Program-made: the position numbers and the translations under genes | Assembly: GCF_023703775.1 (NCBI RefSeq) | Contig: NZ_CP098514.1 | Coordinates: 1,987,998 to 2,019,997 of the forward strand | Length of the DNA stretch: 32,000 bases | Reading direction: 5' to 3' | DNA from: Haloplanus halophilus | Lineage (GTDB): Archaea > Halobacteriota > Halobacteria > Halobacteriales > Haloferacaceae | Shown: in pieces, positions 1 to 9,784 of the stretch | Position numbering within the stretch: position 1 is the first letter of the stretch | Layout of the letters: each line of letters begins with the position of its first letter | The notes under the pieces: model-generated | Told to the model about the DNA's origin: nothing | Databases searched by the model: none | What the model saw: the letters and a program-made list of their open reading frames with translations, nothing else

Positions 1-833
1 CGGTGGACGAACGCCGGGCCGTCGCTGTACGGCTGGTAGGCGGCGACGTAGACGCCCATGTCCCCGCCGAGGCTCGCCCCCGGCCCGGCGTCCGGCCGCG
101 GCACGCAGGTCCAGTTCCCGCCCCGGCACCGCCGCTCGTACAGGTCCTCGACGTAGCCGGCGTCGCCCTCGATCAACCCCTGACGCGCCAGTCGCTCGTC
201 CCGCGTCAGGGTCCCGCGGTCGACGCCGAAGTGCTGGTCCTGCAGGGCGTGGACGAGTTCGTGCGCGAGCGTCCGGCGGTCGATCCTCGCTCCCTCGCCG
301 TCGCTCACGAGCACGATACGGTCCTCGCTCGGCACGTACGACCCCTGCACCGACGCGCCGTAGAACGACTCGAAGACCGACGCGACCGACCGGTCCTCGC
401 CGATCAGGAGCAGCGCCTCCCACACCGTCTCGTCGAACGCCGTCGCGGTCACCGTCTCCCGCGCGAGGTACGTCTCCCGGTCGACCACCTCGACCGGTAC
501 CGTCGACTCGAACTCGAGGCCCCGCAGGCGCTCGACGCGAGCCATCGTCCGCGCGACGACCGCCGACCGCTCGCTCCGGTTCAGGCCGTCCGAGGCGTTC
601 ACGGCCAGCGGTTCGTCGTGCCAGCGCCCCGCCTCCCACCCCAGCCGATCCGTGGCGGGGTCGGCGAAGGGCTCGCGTGGCTCCGCCGTCGGCGTCGCGG
701 TCGGCGTCCCGATCGGCGTCCCGGTCGGCGTCCCGGTCGGCGTCGCTCCCGCCGGTTCGGGACCACCCACCGTCCCCCCACACCCCGCGAGGACGACGAG
801 CAACGCGACCGCGAGGGCTGGACGCGCGCGCAT
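1..833 (-). CDS. Secreted lipoprotein with HExxH metalloprotease-like motif (Hvo_1808-family-like surface protein); C-terminus lies beyond the left edge
   Basis: Absent from the ORF track (open at the window edge). My translation of the minus strand from ATG 833-831 gives MRARPALAVALLVVLAGCGG (signal peptide plus LAGC lipobox), a TPTGTPTGTPIGTPTATP linker, DRLGWEAGRWHDEP, TLAHELVHALQDQHFG and RRCRGGNWTCVPRP. It is colinear with the neighbouring paralog at 881-2488. Confidence 0.8.
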   Translation of the reverse strand, partial: MRARPALAVALLVVLAGCGGTVGGPEPAGATPTGTPTGTPIGTPTATPTAEPREPFADPATDRLGWEAGRWHDEPLAVNASDGLNRSERSAVVARTMARVERLRGLEFESTVPVEVVDRETYLARETVTATAFDETVWEALLLIGEDRSVASVFESFYGASVQGSYVPSEDRIVLVSDGEGARIDRRTLAHELVHALQDQHFGVDRGTLTRDERLARQGLIEGDAGYVEDLYERRCRGGNWTCVPRPDAGPGASLGGDMGVYVAAYQPYSDGPAFVH

Positions 834-880
834 CTCGGGGGCTCTCGGCGTCGCCGCGTGAAAAGGGTGCCGTCGGGCCG

Positions 881-2488
881 TCAGTCGCGCCGCCGAGCCA
901 CCGCGAGCGCGACGGCCGCCAGCACCGCGAGGACGGCCGTCAGGGGTCCGAAGCCGGGCGCCTCCAGCCCCGTCGAGCCGCCCGCCTCGTCGGCGCTCGC
1001 CGTCGTCCCGCTCGCCGCGCCGCTCTCGCTCCCGCTCCCGGCCGCACCGTCCGACTCGGGCGGTCGGATGTTCGCCACCGCGTCGGGCGTCGGCCCGTTG
1101 ACGACGGTGACGCGCGTGCCGTCACGGTCGATGCGGAAGGCGTCCGCGAACCGACCCTCGGGGATCACGTACTCACCCTCGACCTCGTCACCGACACCGG
1201 GTGCGCCCTGGGCTTCGAGGATGGCCCCGTAGGCCCGGGCGAACTCCGAGGCGTCCTCCTCGCTGTCCCACTCGGTCACCCAGACGTAGCCGTACTCCCC
1301 GTCGGAGACGCTCCCCTTGTAGTACGGGAACACCCGGTCGTTCCCCCATCCCGCCGACGGCGGCGCGTCGTAGTTGTACGTGTCCAGCGGGCCGGAGGTC
1401 CGGGCCACCGACTGGACCGGAATCGTGTCGGCCCGGGCGGTCCGCGCCTGGTACCAGAACATCACGTACATCGACGCCTCGCCGACGGTGTCGGAGCCGT
1501 TCTCACCCTGGTTCGGGAACGTCTCCCAGCCGTTTCGGGCGCGGTCCTCGTACTCGACGGGCGTCGGCGCCTCGTCGGTCCGGTGGATCACCTGCTCGGT
1601 GGAGTTCGGCGGGTCGGCGAAGGCCGCGTCGACGGCGTCCCAGCCGCCGCGTTCGAGGAGCCAGTCGATGTACACCGGGCCGTCGGAGTACGGCTGGAGC
1701 AGCGTCAGGAGGATGCCGAGGTTCGGGGGCGACCCCGTGCCGCTGCCGCCGTCGCTCGGCGTCTCGACGCAGCGCCACTCGACGCCACAGCGCTGGGTGT
1801 ACTGCGTCTCGATGTAGTTGGCCTCACCCTCGACGACGCCGTCGACCGCGAGGCTGCCGTCCTGGGTCTCCGAGCTACCGATCCGCTCGCCCAGATTGCC
1901 GTTCTGGTCCTGCATCGCGTGGACGAGTTCGTGGACCAGCGTCGCGTTGTCGATGGTCGGGGCGCCCGTCGAGTCGGTGATGATCCGGATGCGGTCGTCG
2001 CCGGGGGCGTAGAAGCCGGCGGTCGACTGCCCCGACGCGCTCCGGAGCGCCTCGTTCGCGCTCCGGTCCTCGCCCACGATGAACAGCGCCTCCCACACCT
2101 GGTCGTTCCAGGCGTCGTAGGAGGCGTTGCTCGTCCGGTTCTCGCTGGACCGTCGCTGGAACTCCTCCCGGGAGATGACCTCGACCGGCACGTCGGAACT
2201 GAACTCGGTGTCGCGGAGGTACTCGACGCGCGCCATCGCCCGACTCACCATCGCGTCCATCTCCGCGTCCGAGAGCCCGTCGGACTGGTCGACGCTGATC
2301 CGCTCGTCGTGCCAGTAACCGTCCTCCCAGCCGACGGTGTCGCTCTCGGGGTCGGCCCGCTGGGGTGTCACGTCGTCCCCGGCCGCCTCGGCGTCGACGG
2401 CGGCCGGCCGTTCGGCCGCCCCCACCGCGGGCGCGACCGACGCCAACACGATCAGTACCGCGAGACCGACGGAGACCCGCTTTCGCAT
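881..2488 (-). CDS. Hvo_1808-family-like surface protein with HExxH motif and PGF-CTERM (archaeosortase) anchor
   Basis: 535-aa acidic ORF. Signal peptide MRKRVSVGLAVLIVLASVAPAVGAA; TLVHELVHAMQDQ (HExxH); QRCGVEWRCV Cys pair; Ser/Gly/Thr-rich linker; C-terminal PGFGPLTAVLAVLAAVALAVARRRD, a PGF-CTERM sorting signal. Confidence 0.9.
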   Translation of the reverse strand: MRKRVSVGLAVLIVLASVAPAVGAAERPAAVDAEAAGDDVTPQRADPESDTVGWEDGYWHDERISVDQSDGLSDAEMDAMVSRAMARVEYLRDTEFSSDVPVEVISREEFQRRSSENRTSNASYDAWNDQVWEALFIVGEDRSANEALRSASGQSTAGFYAPGDDRIRIITDSTGAPTIDNATLVHELVHAMQDQNGNLGERIGSSETQDGSLAVDGVVEGEANYIETQYTQRCGVEWRCVETPSDGGSGTGSPPNLGILLTLLQPYSDGPVYIDWLLERGGWDAVDAAFADPPNSTEQVIHRTDEAPTPVEYEDRARNGWETFPNQGENGSDTVGEASMYVMFWYQARTARADTIPVQSVARTSGPLDTYNYDAPPSAGWGNDRVFPYYKGSVSDGEYGYVWVTEWDSEEDASEFARAYGAILEAQGAPGVGDEVEGEYVIPEGRFADAFRIDRDGTRVTVVNGPTPDAVANIRPPESDGAAGSGSESGAASGTTASADEAGGSTGLEAPGFGPLTAVLAVLAAVALAVARRRD

Positions 2489-2537
2489 ACCCCCCGTTGG
2501 GAACCGGTACGGAAGTACCTTGCCCGCCGGGGATCGG

Positions 2538-3482
2538 CTACCGTTCGAGCACCGTCGCGCTCGCGCCGACGGCGACTTCGAGGCCGTCGGTGTCGACGAC
2601 CGCCTTCAGGTTCGACCCGCTGGGCGTCGCCTCTTGAGTCCAGCCCTCGGCGTCGCGCCGGAAGACGACCCCGCCGCCGCCGACGGCCAGTCCCGTCTCG
2701 CCGTCCATCTCCACGTCGCGGAGCGAGGCGTCGCCGGTGTCCTCGCGGACCCACTCGGCCCCGTCCCAGTGGTAGACGGTGCCGCCGCCGCCGACGACCG
2801 TCAGGTCGTCCGGGGCGTCGGAGTCGACGCCGTAGAAGTTGTTGTTGGCGTCGGCGATGCCGACCTTCTCCCACGTCGAGCCGTCGTCGGTGACGAACAC
2901 CGTCTTGTTGCCGTCGACGGCGTGCCCCGACCGGGGGCCGTGGAAGTCTACCCCGTTGATGTTCGACCCGCTTCCCGGCGTCACCGAGTTCCACGTCCCG
3001 GTTTCGCCGTTCTCGAAGCTGTAGTAGATCTTCCCGGAGTCGCCGGCGACGTAGACGTTCGCGTCGCCCGCCTCGCCGGTCACGGCCACGTCGTTGAAGT
3101 TGTTGGTCACGTCGTTCGGCGCCGAGTGGTCGTTCAGCCCCCGGGTCCGCACGTCGTACTCGCCGATGGCACCGCTGGAGCCGACGAACCAGAGCCGCTC
3201 GCCGTCGTCGGTCACGTCCGAGCCGTAGAGGTTGTTGCCGTTGCCGGTGGGGCCGCCGCTCGCGGCGATCCGCCACCCGTCGTCCGCGCGCTTGAGGACG
3301 TAGCCACTGCCGCCGACGGCGAACTCGCCGCCGACCGTCGTCTCCACGTCGTACAGGGTCGACCCGACGGGCGTCTCCACGTCCAGCCACACCCGGTCCG
3401 CGGCGCCGATGGTCGGCACGACCGCCAGCGCGGCGGCCGCTGCGCTACTCCGAAGGAACGTTCTGCGGGTCGTCTCGTGCAT
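2538..3482 (-). CDS. Tat-secreted beta-propeller protein (BNR/Ycf48-like blades)
   Basis: ORF 2538-3521. The internal ATG at 3482-3480 gives MHETTRRTFLRSSAAAAALAV (twin-arginine signal). Blade-like segments recur: VGGSGYVLKR, VGSSGAIGEY, VAGDSGKIYYS, VGGGGTVYHWDG, VGGGGVVFRRD. Confidence 0.8.
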   Translation of the reverse strand: MHETTRRTFLRSSAAAAALAVVPTIGAADRVWLDVETPVGSTLYDVETTVGGEFAVGGSGYVLKRADDGWRIAASGGPTGNGNNLYGSDVTDDGERLWFVGSSGAIGEYDVRTRGLNDHSAPNDVTNNFNDVAVTGEAGDANVYVAGDSGKIYYSFENGETGTWNSVTPGSGSNINGVDFHGPRSGHAVDGNKTVFVTDDGSTWEKVGIADANNNFYGVDSDAPDDLTVVGGGGTVYHWDGAEWVREDTGDASLRDVEMDGETGLAVGGGGVVFRRDAEGWTQEATPSGSNLKAVVDTDGLEVAVGASATVLER

Positions 3483-3581
3483 CGTGTCGAACACTCCACC
3501 CGGCTCTGGGGACCGTCGCATGTTAATGCCGGGTGGCGGTTAACGCCATTTTACCGGCGTTTAACGAGAATTTAACCGAAT

Positions 3582-3860
3582 TTACTCCGGGGCGTCGGCC
3601 GTGCCGTCGCCCCCGACCCCGAACAGGTCGTCGACCGCGGCCCGCGCCGCCCGCGCGGCCTCGTCCGCGACCGCCTCCGGGTCCGCCTCGTCGTCCGGCG
3701 CGTTCAGGTAGACGTCGACGTCGAGGACCCCCTCCTCGAACGTCACCGTCACGTCCAGGTCGCGGACCGCGGACTGTCGGTAGTTCGCGAACACCACTCC
3801 CTCGGCGGCCTCGGCCGCCGTCCGGACGACCGTCTCGTCGTCCGGGTCGTCGTCGGCCAC
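3582..3860 (-). CDS. DUF3194-like small acidic protein (conserved partner downstream of prefoldin beta)
   Basis: ORF 3582-3902, but its first codons overlap pfdB. A GTG at 3860-3858 lies 4 nt after the pfdB stop and gives VADDDPDDETVV.... The core DLDVTVTFEEGVLDVDVYL is typical of this family as I recall it. Start uncertain. Confidence 0.7.
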   Translation of the reverse strand: MADDDPDDETVVRTAAEAAEGVVFANYRQSAVRDLDVTVTFEEGVLDVDVYLNAPDDEADPEAVADEAARAARAAVDDLFGVGGDGTADAPE

Positions 3861-3864
3861 TGCC

Positions 3865-4260
3865 TTACGCGCCGCCGGCGCCGCCCGGGCCCATCGGGCC
3901 ACCGCCGCCGCCCGCGCCGCCCTGCAGCATCTGCTGGAGTTCCTGCTGGAGCGACTCGAACTGCTCGCGGACGCGCTCCTCCTGCTTGCTCAGCTGTTCG
4001 ACGCGGACCTCCAGGCTGTCGACCTTCTCCTCCAGGTCGTCGTAGGCCTCGTCGTACTCCGTCTCGACGAGGAGTTCGCCGACCTCTCGGTACATGACGG
4101 TGTCCTCCTCGATGTCGTCGAGGGCCTCCAGCGCCGTCTCGGACTCGTTGAGTTGGGTCTCGGCCTGCTGTTTCTGGGCCGCGACCTGCTGGGCCGTCTC
4201 CTGGAGATCCTGCAGTTCTTCGAGTTTCTCCTGGGCCTCCGGCGGCAGATTTCCTTGCAT
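3865..4260 (-). CDS. pfdB: Prefoldin beta subunit
   Basis: The internal ATG at 4260-4258 of ORF 3865-4698 gives 131 aa, [25 protein letters not shown].... There are two heptad coiled-coil arms around a central [13 protein letters not shown] region, then a Gly-rich tail. The upstream part of the ORF is Arg/Ser-rich junk. Confidence 0.9.
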   Translation of the reverse strand: MQGNLPPEAQEKLEELQDLQETAQQVAAQKQQAETQLNESETALEALDDIEEDTVMYREVGELLVETEYDEAYDDLEEKVDSLEVRVEQLSKQEERVREQFESLQQELQQMLQGGAGGGGGPMGPGGAGGA

Positions 4261-4333
4261 GGGCGAACCGTCGAGTCCCGGAGTGAAAAAGCCCCGTATT
4301 CCCGACTCGTCGTCGACCGCCGAGACCCCCGCG

Positions 4334-4621
4334 TCAGGGCGCCCCGTCTCGTCGGCCGGCGGTTTCGGCCACGCGCTCCGCCACGTCGAGCAGCCGAATC
4401 CAGGTGTTCGTCCCCGCCCGGAGTGCGACGAGGTCGGCCGCACCGATCCGCACTCGGACCGTCCGCCCGTCACGGTCGACCCGCGCCGCCGACCGCGCGT
4501 CGTCGATTTCGCCGACCTCGACGCGGACGCTCCGCTCGACGACCGTCGCGCGTCGCTCCGTGTCGTACTCGAAACTGAGGCAGAGGTGGTGTGGCGCGTC
4601 GTCTCGGGCGGCGTCGGCCAC
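4334..4621 (-). CDS. pcc1: KEOPS complex subunit Pcc1
   Basis: 95 aa with a GTG start (4621-4619). The sequence [30 protein letters not shown]...[34 protein letters not shown] fits the Pcc1 pattern. It sits in the conserved archaeal position between rpoP and pfdB. Confidence 0.8.
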   Translation of the reverse strand: MADAARDDAPHHLCLSFEYDTERRATVVERSVRVEVGEIDDARSAARVDRDGRTVRVRIGAADLVALRAGTNTWIRLLDVAERVAETAGRRDGAP

Positions 4622-4625
4622 GACG

Positions 4626-4760
4626 CTACTCGACGTCGACTTCCTTGATCGTCGGGGCGCGCTCCTTCAGGAGCACGCGGTGCCCGCAGTACGGACACCG
4701 GACCCCGCCGTACTCGTCGAGTTCGACGTCGCGCTTACACCGGGAACACTTGTAGCTCAT
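4626..4760 (-). CDS. rpoP: DNA-directed RNA polymerase subunit P (Rpo12)
   Basis: Below the ORF-track size cut-off. My translation is [44 protein letters not shown] (44 aa, CxxC...CxxC zinc ribbon). Its ATG overlaps the rpl37ae stop (ATGA). Confidence 0.9.
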   Translation of the reverse strand: MSYKCSRCKRDVELDEYGGVRCPYCGHRVLLKERAPTIKEVDVE

Positions 4761-5029
4761 TCCTCGTCGTCGGTCGAGAGCGCGGCGCGGATCGACCGTC
4801 GGACGGTGCGGCCGCCGGGCGTCTCCGGCCGGTACGCGCCGCCGGTGAAGACCTCGCCCGTCTCCTCGTTCTTCCAGACGCCCGTCCCGATACGGGTCAC
4901 GCTGTCGCCGTCCAGCGTCGCGTTCTGCATGTCGCTCTCGATCTCCTTGACCCGTCGGCGGGCGACGCGCCCGTATCGCGCGCCGAACCGGCCCGCGCTC
5001 CCGGTACTGCGTGCCTTGTTCTCGGCCAT
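4757..5029 (-). CDS. rpl37ae: 50S ribosomal protein L37Ae (eL43), Cys-less variant
   Basis: 90 aa, [31 protein letters not shown]...[24 protein letters not shown]. The N- and C-terminal blocks are diagnostic, but the protein contains no cysteine at all. Confidence 0.9.
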   Translation of the reverse strand: MAENKARSTGSAGRFGARYGRVARRRVKEIESDMQNATLDGDSVTRIGTGVWKNEETGEVFTGGAYRPETPGGRTVRRSIRAALSTDDEE

Positions 5030-5055
5030 AGTACTGATCGATACCGGCAGCGAAC

Positions 5056-5063
5056 GGATAAAC
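5056..5063 (-). promoter_or_regulatory. Putative TATA box of the rpl37ae-rpoP-pcc1 operon
   Basis: The minus strand reads GTTTATCC about 30 nt upstream of the rpl37ae ATG. This spacing fits a leaderless or near-leaderless haloarchaeal transcript. Confidence 0.35.
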
Positions 5064-5077
5064 CCTGCGAGTCCGGC

Positions 5078-5797
5078 CTACTGCAGGCCCACCGCCGCGA
5101 GTTCCTCGTTCAGGTCGTCCCGGACCCGCTCGCCCGTCTCGCGGTCCATCGCCGTCGTGACGATCCGGTTTTCCTGCACGCTCGACCCGTCCCGCAGGAG
5201 GAGGCGGACGTTGCCGTTGTCGTCGGCCCGCGTCACCTTCGCCCGCAGCCCCGACTGCGACCCCGTCCCGCCGGCGTCGATGGGGCCGGGGACGATCTTC
5301 TTCACGTGTGGGTGTTCCGCGACCGTCGAGATCGCCTGCCGGCCGCTCCGGCCGCCGATCAGCGTCGTGTGTCGCCCGCCGAGTTTCTCCCTCGGCGGCG
5401 TCTCGACCACCTCCAGCGCGCGCTCGCCCCGCCGATCCAGCACCGCGGCCACGGGGTCCTCGCCCGCGACGCGGTAGAACTCGTAGTGGGTCTCGGCCCG
5501 CACCGCACGGATGACCTCGCGATCGCCCGCCGCGAACACCGTCTCCGGGCGCTTGCGACGGATCTCGTCGGCGATCCGTCCCGCGAAGTTGCGGCGCTCG
5601 ACCACCCGACTCCGACCTTCCTCCTCCGGGCGGGTGGTGATGGCCGTCTCCCCCAGCACCTCCTCCCCGTCGAGCATGGTCAGCCGGGCGCGGTCCTCGG
5701 CCACGTCGAGCACGACGGCGTCGCAGTTGCCCGTGTGACAGACCAGACAGTAATCACCCGGGCGATCCAGCGGGGACCCGCACCGCCGACACTCCAT
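5078..5797 (-). CDS. DUF2103-like metal-binding protein (N-terminal zinc ribbon)
   Basis: The internal ATG at 5797-5795 of ORF 5078-6247 gives 239 aa, [26 protein letters not shown].... The protein is acidic. This family is typically encoded next to rpl37ae in archaea. The upstream 150 codons are Arg-rich junk. Confidence 0.8.
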   Translation of the reverse strand: MECRRCGSPLDRPGDYCLVCHTGNCDAVVLDVAEDRARLTMLDGEEVLGETAITTRPEEEGRSRVVERRNFAGRIADEIRRKRPETVFAAGDREVIRAVRAETHYEFYRVAGEDPVAAVLDRRGERALEVVETPPREKLGGRHTTLIGGRSGRQAISTVAEHPHVKKIVPGPIDAGGTGSQSGLRAKVTRADDNGNVRLLLRDGSSVQENRIVTTAMDRETGERVRDDLNEELAAVGLQ

Positions 5798-5888
5798 GCC
5801 GGCCGCAGGCGCGCGCGCCGGATAAGTCCGTCCTTCGCCGCCGACGGAGGGCACAAAACCCATCCGTGTCGGCGACACACGCCCGCGC

Positions 5889-7253
5889 ATGGTCCCCTCG
5901 TCCCGCCAGCGAGTCCTCCTCGCCGCCCTCGTCGTCGGGGCCGTCTTCGCCCCCCTCGCCACGGGGGCGGCGACCGCCAGTCCCCGCCCCGTTCCGGTCT
6001 GTTCGCCCTGCGAACGCGGGTTCGTCTCCGCGGCACAGACCCACGACCACCCCGTTCGGATCGAACGCAGCACCGCCACGATGCGGGTCCACCGGAACGG
6101 CTCCGCGACGTGGACCGTCGAGAACCGGCTGAACGACTCCGCCGCCGCGGCGTTCCGCGAGAACGCCACGCTCCGCCGGTCGGTCGCCGAGGACGCCGTC
6201 TCGATCCACGACGCCCGCCTCCTCTCGACGGGCGTCGACGGCGACACCGTCCGGCTGCGCTACCGGACGCCGACCGTCGCCACGGACGCGCCCGGCGGCG
6301 TCCTCCGCGTCGGCTACTTCCGCGACGACCCCGGCGCGATGGTCCGTGCCGGCCTCGGCGCCGACCGCCTGACGCTCGTCGCCCCCGAGGGGATGGTCGT
6401 CGAGCGCGGCCTCCCCGGCGCCGACGTCTCCGACCGCCGGATGACGGTCACGTCCTTCGAGGGGTCGGGCGACGGGCCGTTCGTGACGCTCGCTCCCGAG
6501 GGATCGCTCCTCGCGCCGCTGTGGAGTCTCGTCGCCGTCGCCGCCGCCCTCGCCGGCGTCGTCGGCCGCAACCTCCTCTTGCTGGTCGCCCTCCCGTCCG
6601 CGGTGTTCGCGGGCGGCCTCGCGCTCGTCGCGTGGACCGTCGGCCGCACCGACCTCGGGTCGACGACCACCCCCGACCGCCGCGCGCTCGCCGTCCTCGG
6701 CCTCGGCGCCCTCGCGCTCGCCCACCCCCTCTACGCCGGCGCCGTCGTCGCCGGGTCGACGCCCCCGCTGCTCGCCGTCGGCGTCGGCGCCGTCGCCCTC
6801 GGCGGCGCCCTCGCGCTGCCGACCGTCCGCGACCGCCTCTCGCCGTCCCGTCTCGCAGCCGTCGTCGTCGGCGCGTTCGCCCTCGCCGTCGTCGCCGCGC
6901 TCCTCCTCCGGGCGCTCCCCCTCGGCGACCTCTCGATCCGCGACGACGCGAACGTCCTGACGCTCGTCCTGCCGGCGCTCCCCCTCTACGCCGTCACGCT
7001 CGTCGGCTACGCGGCCGCCCACACGTCGCTGCGCCGCGCGCTGGCCGCCGCCGTCGCCGCCCTCGCGCTCGTCCTGGCGACGACGTTCTCCATCGCGTCG
7101 CAGGGCGGGACGCTCTACTTCCTCGGCGTCGTCCTCGCCGTCCTCGGCGCCGTCGCGGGCGTCGTCCTCGGCGTCCCCTTCTTCCTGCTCGGCTACGGGC
7201 TGCCCGGTCCGGACGGCCGCGGGGACCGACGGAACGCCGGCGCGACGGCCTAG
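5889..7253 (+). CDS. Hypothetical polytopic membrane protein with an N-terminal extracytoplasmic domain
   Basis: 454 aa. There is a signal/TM segment ([21 protein letters not shown]) and a soluble domain of about 190 aa. These are followed by multiple Ala/Leu/Val/Gly-rich hydrophobic segments. No family recognised. Confidence 0.65.
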   Translation: MVPSSRQRVLLAALVVGAVFAPLATGAATASPRPVPVCSPCERGFVSAAQTHDHPVRIERSTATMRVHRNGSATWTVENRLNDSAAAAFRENATLRRSVAEDAVSIHDARLLSTGVDGDTVRLRYRTPTVATDAPGGVLRVGYFRDDPGAMVRAGLGADRLTLVAPEGMVVERGLPGADVSDRRMTVTSFEGSGDGPFVTLAPEGSLLAPLWSLVAVAAALAGVVGRNLLLLVALPSAVFAGGLALVAWTVGRTDLGSTTTPDRRALAVLGLGALALAHPLYAGAVVAGSTPPLLAVGVGAVALGGALALPTVRDRLSPSRLAAVVVGAFALAVVAALLLRALPLGDLSIRDDANVLTLVLPALPLYAVTLVGYAAAHTSLRRALAAAVAALALVLATTFSIASQGGTLYFLGVVLAVLGAVAGVVLGVPFFLLGYGLPGPDGRGDRRNAGATA

Positions 7254-8584
7254 AGGTCCCGCGGGTCGGCCTTCAGGAACTCACGGAGGACGGCGGTGGC
7301 GTACGACCCCCGCGGGAGCGAGAAGGAGAGGGTGAGGGGGTCGCGCTCGACGGTCAACTCCGTGTCCACGAGTATCGCCCGCCGGGTGCCCGACGAGTCG
7401 AAGTTGCCGGGGAGGTCGAAGTCGGCCGGCGAGAGCCCCAAGTCGTCGAGCACCGAGCGCTCGACGTCGCCGGGGTCTCCCTCGCCGAGGGTCGTCTCGG
7501 TACCCACGAGCGGCGCGGTGACGAACGCCCGCCCCCGCTCGCAGTGGCGGGCCACCACGTCCACCCGGTCTTCGGTCACCCGCTGGACGCGGTCGGTGTC
7601 GGGGAGGCGCAGGTCCGCCGGGGCGTCCGCGTCGGCGAAACAGACCACGTCCCCGGCGACGGGCCGGTCGAAGGGGAGGCCGCGACGCAGGCGCTCCGAG
7701 CAGATGCGGTTGAAGGCGACGGACTGCGCCGCGTTGACGAACAGTCGCTGCAGGTTCCAGGGCACCGCCTCCAGCGCGGCACGGAAGTCCGCCGGGTCCC
7801 GGCCGCCGTTCTCGACCAGCCGGTGGAGCATCGACCGCTCGTAGCCGAGGTGGCCTGGCGTCGCCTCCAGCGCGGCCCGCCAGTCGGGGTCGTCGCTCGC
7901 CGCCACCGCCTCGACCGTCGCCCTGGCCTCCCGCGTCCGTTCCGGCTCCGTCTCGGCGGGATTGCCGACGTACGCCAGGACGGCCTCGCGCCACTCCTCG
8001 CGGACGACGTGCAGGCCCACCTCGTGGGTGACGGGTCGCCGACTGCCGAACCGCTGGTGGCCGAACCAGTTCGGCACCGCGGGCCGACCGCCGCCGAACG
8101 CCCGGAGCGCGTCGCGGACGTCGCCGACGGCGTCGGGTCGCTCCGGCTCGCTCACCCGGATCTCGAAGGCGTTGCCCGCCAGGTCCCCGAATTCGAGGTT
8201 GCGTCCCGTCCGCCCGAGCGCCTCCAGGTCGGCCCCGTCGAGGGCGGGCAGGTCGGGGGCCTCGATGCCACGGATCGAGAACAGTTGCGTCGTGACCGCG
8301 CGCTTGTCCTTGGTGCCGGCCCACGACACCCGCTCGCGGCTCACGCCGAGGGCGTCCGAGAGCGCGCCCGCGAAGTCGTTGGTGTCCCAGTCGGTGAGCG
8401 TCGCCCGGACGAGCAGGTGGGGGTACGCCGACGGGTCGGCGTCGAGCGGTTCCGGGTCGACGGCTTCGAGTTCCCGCACCCGGAAGTCCGCGGGCGTCCC
8501 CCGGAGGCGGCCGCCGACGCCGTCGCCGTCGCTCACGTAGTAGTCGATGCCGACCTGCCGTTCCAGCGGGTGTGCCTCGCGCAT
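7250..8584 (-). CDS. truD: tRNA pseudouridine(13) synthase TruD/Pus7
   Basis: 444 aa. The N-terminus is [29 protein letters not shown], and the catalytic motif [17 protein letters not shown] is present. Confidence 0.9.
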   Translation of the reverse strand: MREAHPLERQVGIDYYVSDGDGVGGRLRGTPADFRVRELEAVDPEPLDADPSAYPHLLVRATLTDWDTNDFAGALSDALGVSRERVSWAGTKDKRAVTTQLFSIRGIEAPDLPALDGADLEALGRTGRNLEFGDLAGNAFEIRVSEPERPDAVGDVRDALRAFGGGRPAVPNWFGHQRFGSRRPVTHEVGLHVVREEWREAVLAYVGNPAETEPERTREARATVEAVAASDDPDWRAALEATPGHLGYERSMLHRLVENGGRDPADFRAALEAVPWNLQRLFVNAAQSVAFNRICSERLRRGLPFDRPVAGDVVCFADADAPADLRLPDTDRVQRVTEDRVDVVARHCERGRAFVTAPLVGTETTLGEGDPGDVERSVLDDLGLSPADFDLPGNFDSSGTRRAILVDTELTVERDPLTLSFSLPRGSYATAVLREFLKADPRDL

Positions 8585-8645
8585 CTCGTCGTCGCCCCGG
8601 CCGTTCGCGTCGCCGACGGGTGAGGGTGTCGGTTCCCCCGCCCCG

Positions 8646-9323
8646 TCAGCCGACGACCCCCGCCACCTCGGCGATCAGGAGGAGGCCGACGCCGACGCCG
8701 AGGACGCCCGCGAACGCCCGGAGCGCCCGCTCGACGCCCGTCCCGAGCGCCCGGCCCCACAGGGCGGACACCGCCGCCATCGTCAGCACCGACCCGACGG
8801 CGAAGGCTGCGAGGAACGAGGTGGCGGTCGGGAGGTCGGGCGCCGTCGACACCAGCGCGACCACGAGCGCCCCGCTCCCGGCGACGCCGTGGAGCGCGCC
8901 GACGAACAGCGAATCGCCGTGCAGGTGGACGTGACGCCCCAGGGACAGGCTCCCCACGTCGAGGTGGCGGTGGAGTGGATGGGTCCCGTGGGCGTGTTTC
9001 CGGCGGTCGACAACCCCGGCGAGCATCCGCACGCCGAGGTAGACGAGGACGACGCCGACGACCGCCTCGACCGGGCGGACGACCGACTCGGGGAGACTCA
9101 CGCCCAGGCGGACGGCCGCGAGCCCCAGGATCGCGATGGGGAGGGTGTGGCCGACGCCCCACGAGGCGCCGACGAGACCCGGATGCGCGCGACCGGTCCC
9201 CGTCCGGGACTCCCCCTCACCGTCCCCGTCGACCAGCGTCGCCACCGCGGCGAGGTGATCCGTCTCCAGTGCGTGGCGGGCGCCCAGGGCACCGCCGGCG
9301 ACGAGGGCGGTGGCGAGTGACAT
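8646..9323 (-). CDS. NiCoT/RcnA-like nickel-cobalt transporter family membrane protein
   Basis: HALETDH matches the HX4DH signature. There is a His-rich loop ([31 protein letters not shown]) and a second [11 protein letters not shown] motif. ATG 9323-9321 is preferred over the GTG at 9347. Confidence 0.75.
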   Translation of the reverse strand: MSLATALVAGGALGARHALETDHLAAVATLVDGDGEGESRTGTGRAHPGLVGASWGVGHTLPIAILGLAAVRLGVSLPESVVRPVEAVVGVVLVYLGVRMLAGVVDRRKHAHGTHPLHRHLDVGSLSLGRHVHLHGDSLFVGALHGVAGSGALVVALVSTAPDLPTATSFLAAFAVGSVLTMAAVSALWGRALGTGVERALRAFAGVLGVGVGLLLIAEVAGVVG

Positions 9324-9364
9324 ACCGCACACTCGTCGACCCGTCACTTAGGGGTTGCCGTCCG

Positions 9365-9703
9365 TCAGTACAGCGAGAGGTCGCCCGTCACCCGGTCCAC
9401 GTCCTCGTCGTCGCCCGGCCCCACCGCGAGCGCCGTCACCGTCCCCGGGTCCAGTTGCGTGTGGCCGGCGTCGCGAACGATGGCGTTCGGGAGGCCCGCC
9501 CGCTCGGCTGCGTCGGCCAGTTCGAACAGCTGCGACTCGCCGCTCGCCTTCAGGACGACCTTCTTCTGTCCCTCGCCCTTCCACGCCCGCCTCGTCCGCT
9601 CGTCTGCGTCCTCGTACGCCGAGAGCGCGGCGTGGGCGACCTGTGCGGCGAGCTTCCCCTGACCCATCCCGATGTCGGTTCGCGCGACGATGGCCTGTTT
9701 CAT
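9365..9703 (-). CDS. pth2: Peptidyl-tRNA hydrolase, archaeal type (Pth2)
   Basis: 112 aa, [27 protein letters not shown]...[22 protein letters not shown], a characteristic Pth2 sequence. Confidence 0.92.
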   Translation of the reverse strand: MKQAIVARTDIGMGQGKLAAQVAHAALSAYEDADERTRRAWKGEGQKKVVLKASGESQLFELADAAERAGLPNAIVRDAGHTQLDPGTVTALAVGPGDDEDVDRVTGDLSLY

Positions 9704-9784
9704 GGCTCACCGTCCACGCGGGCGGGCCAAAGCGTCGTCGGTCGGCCCTCGCTCCTCGCTCGACCCGAAACGTCGCGTTCGGCC

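Noticed and set aside
677-2893. 738-aa plus-strand ORF and the overlapping 3..1232 ORF
   Set aside because: Both are Arg-rich junk antisense to the two HExxH surface-protein genes, whose translations carry clear signal, motif and anchor features.
3522-3581. Three TTAAC-containing words (GGTTAACGCC, GTTTAACGAG, ATTTAACCGA) in the gap upstream of the beta-propeller gene
   Set aside because: This is probably just the A/T-rich promoter/TATA region. There is no consistent spacing or symmetry to support a specific operator.
5306-8623. 1105-aa plus-strand ORF, the longest in the track
   Set aside because: It is extremely Arg/Pro/Gly-rich with no acidic bias. It runs antisense or out of frame to well-supported genes (DUF2103, the membrane protein, truD). 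This is a typical open-frame artefact of roughly 70% GC DNA.
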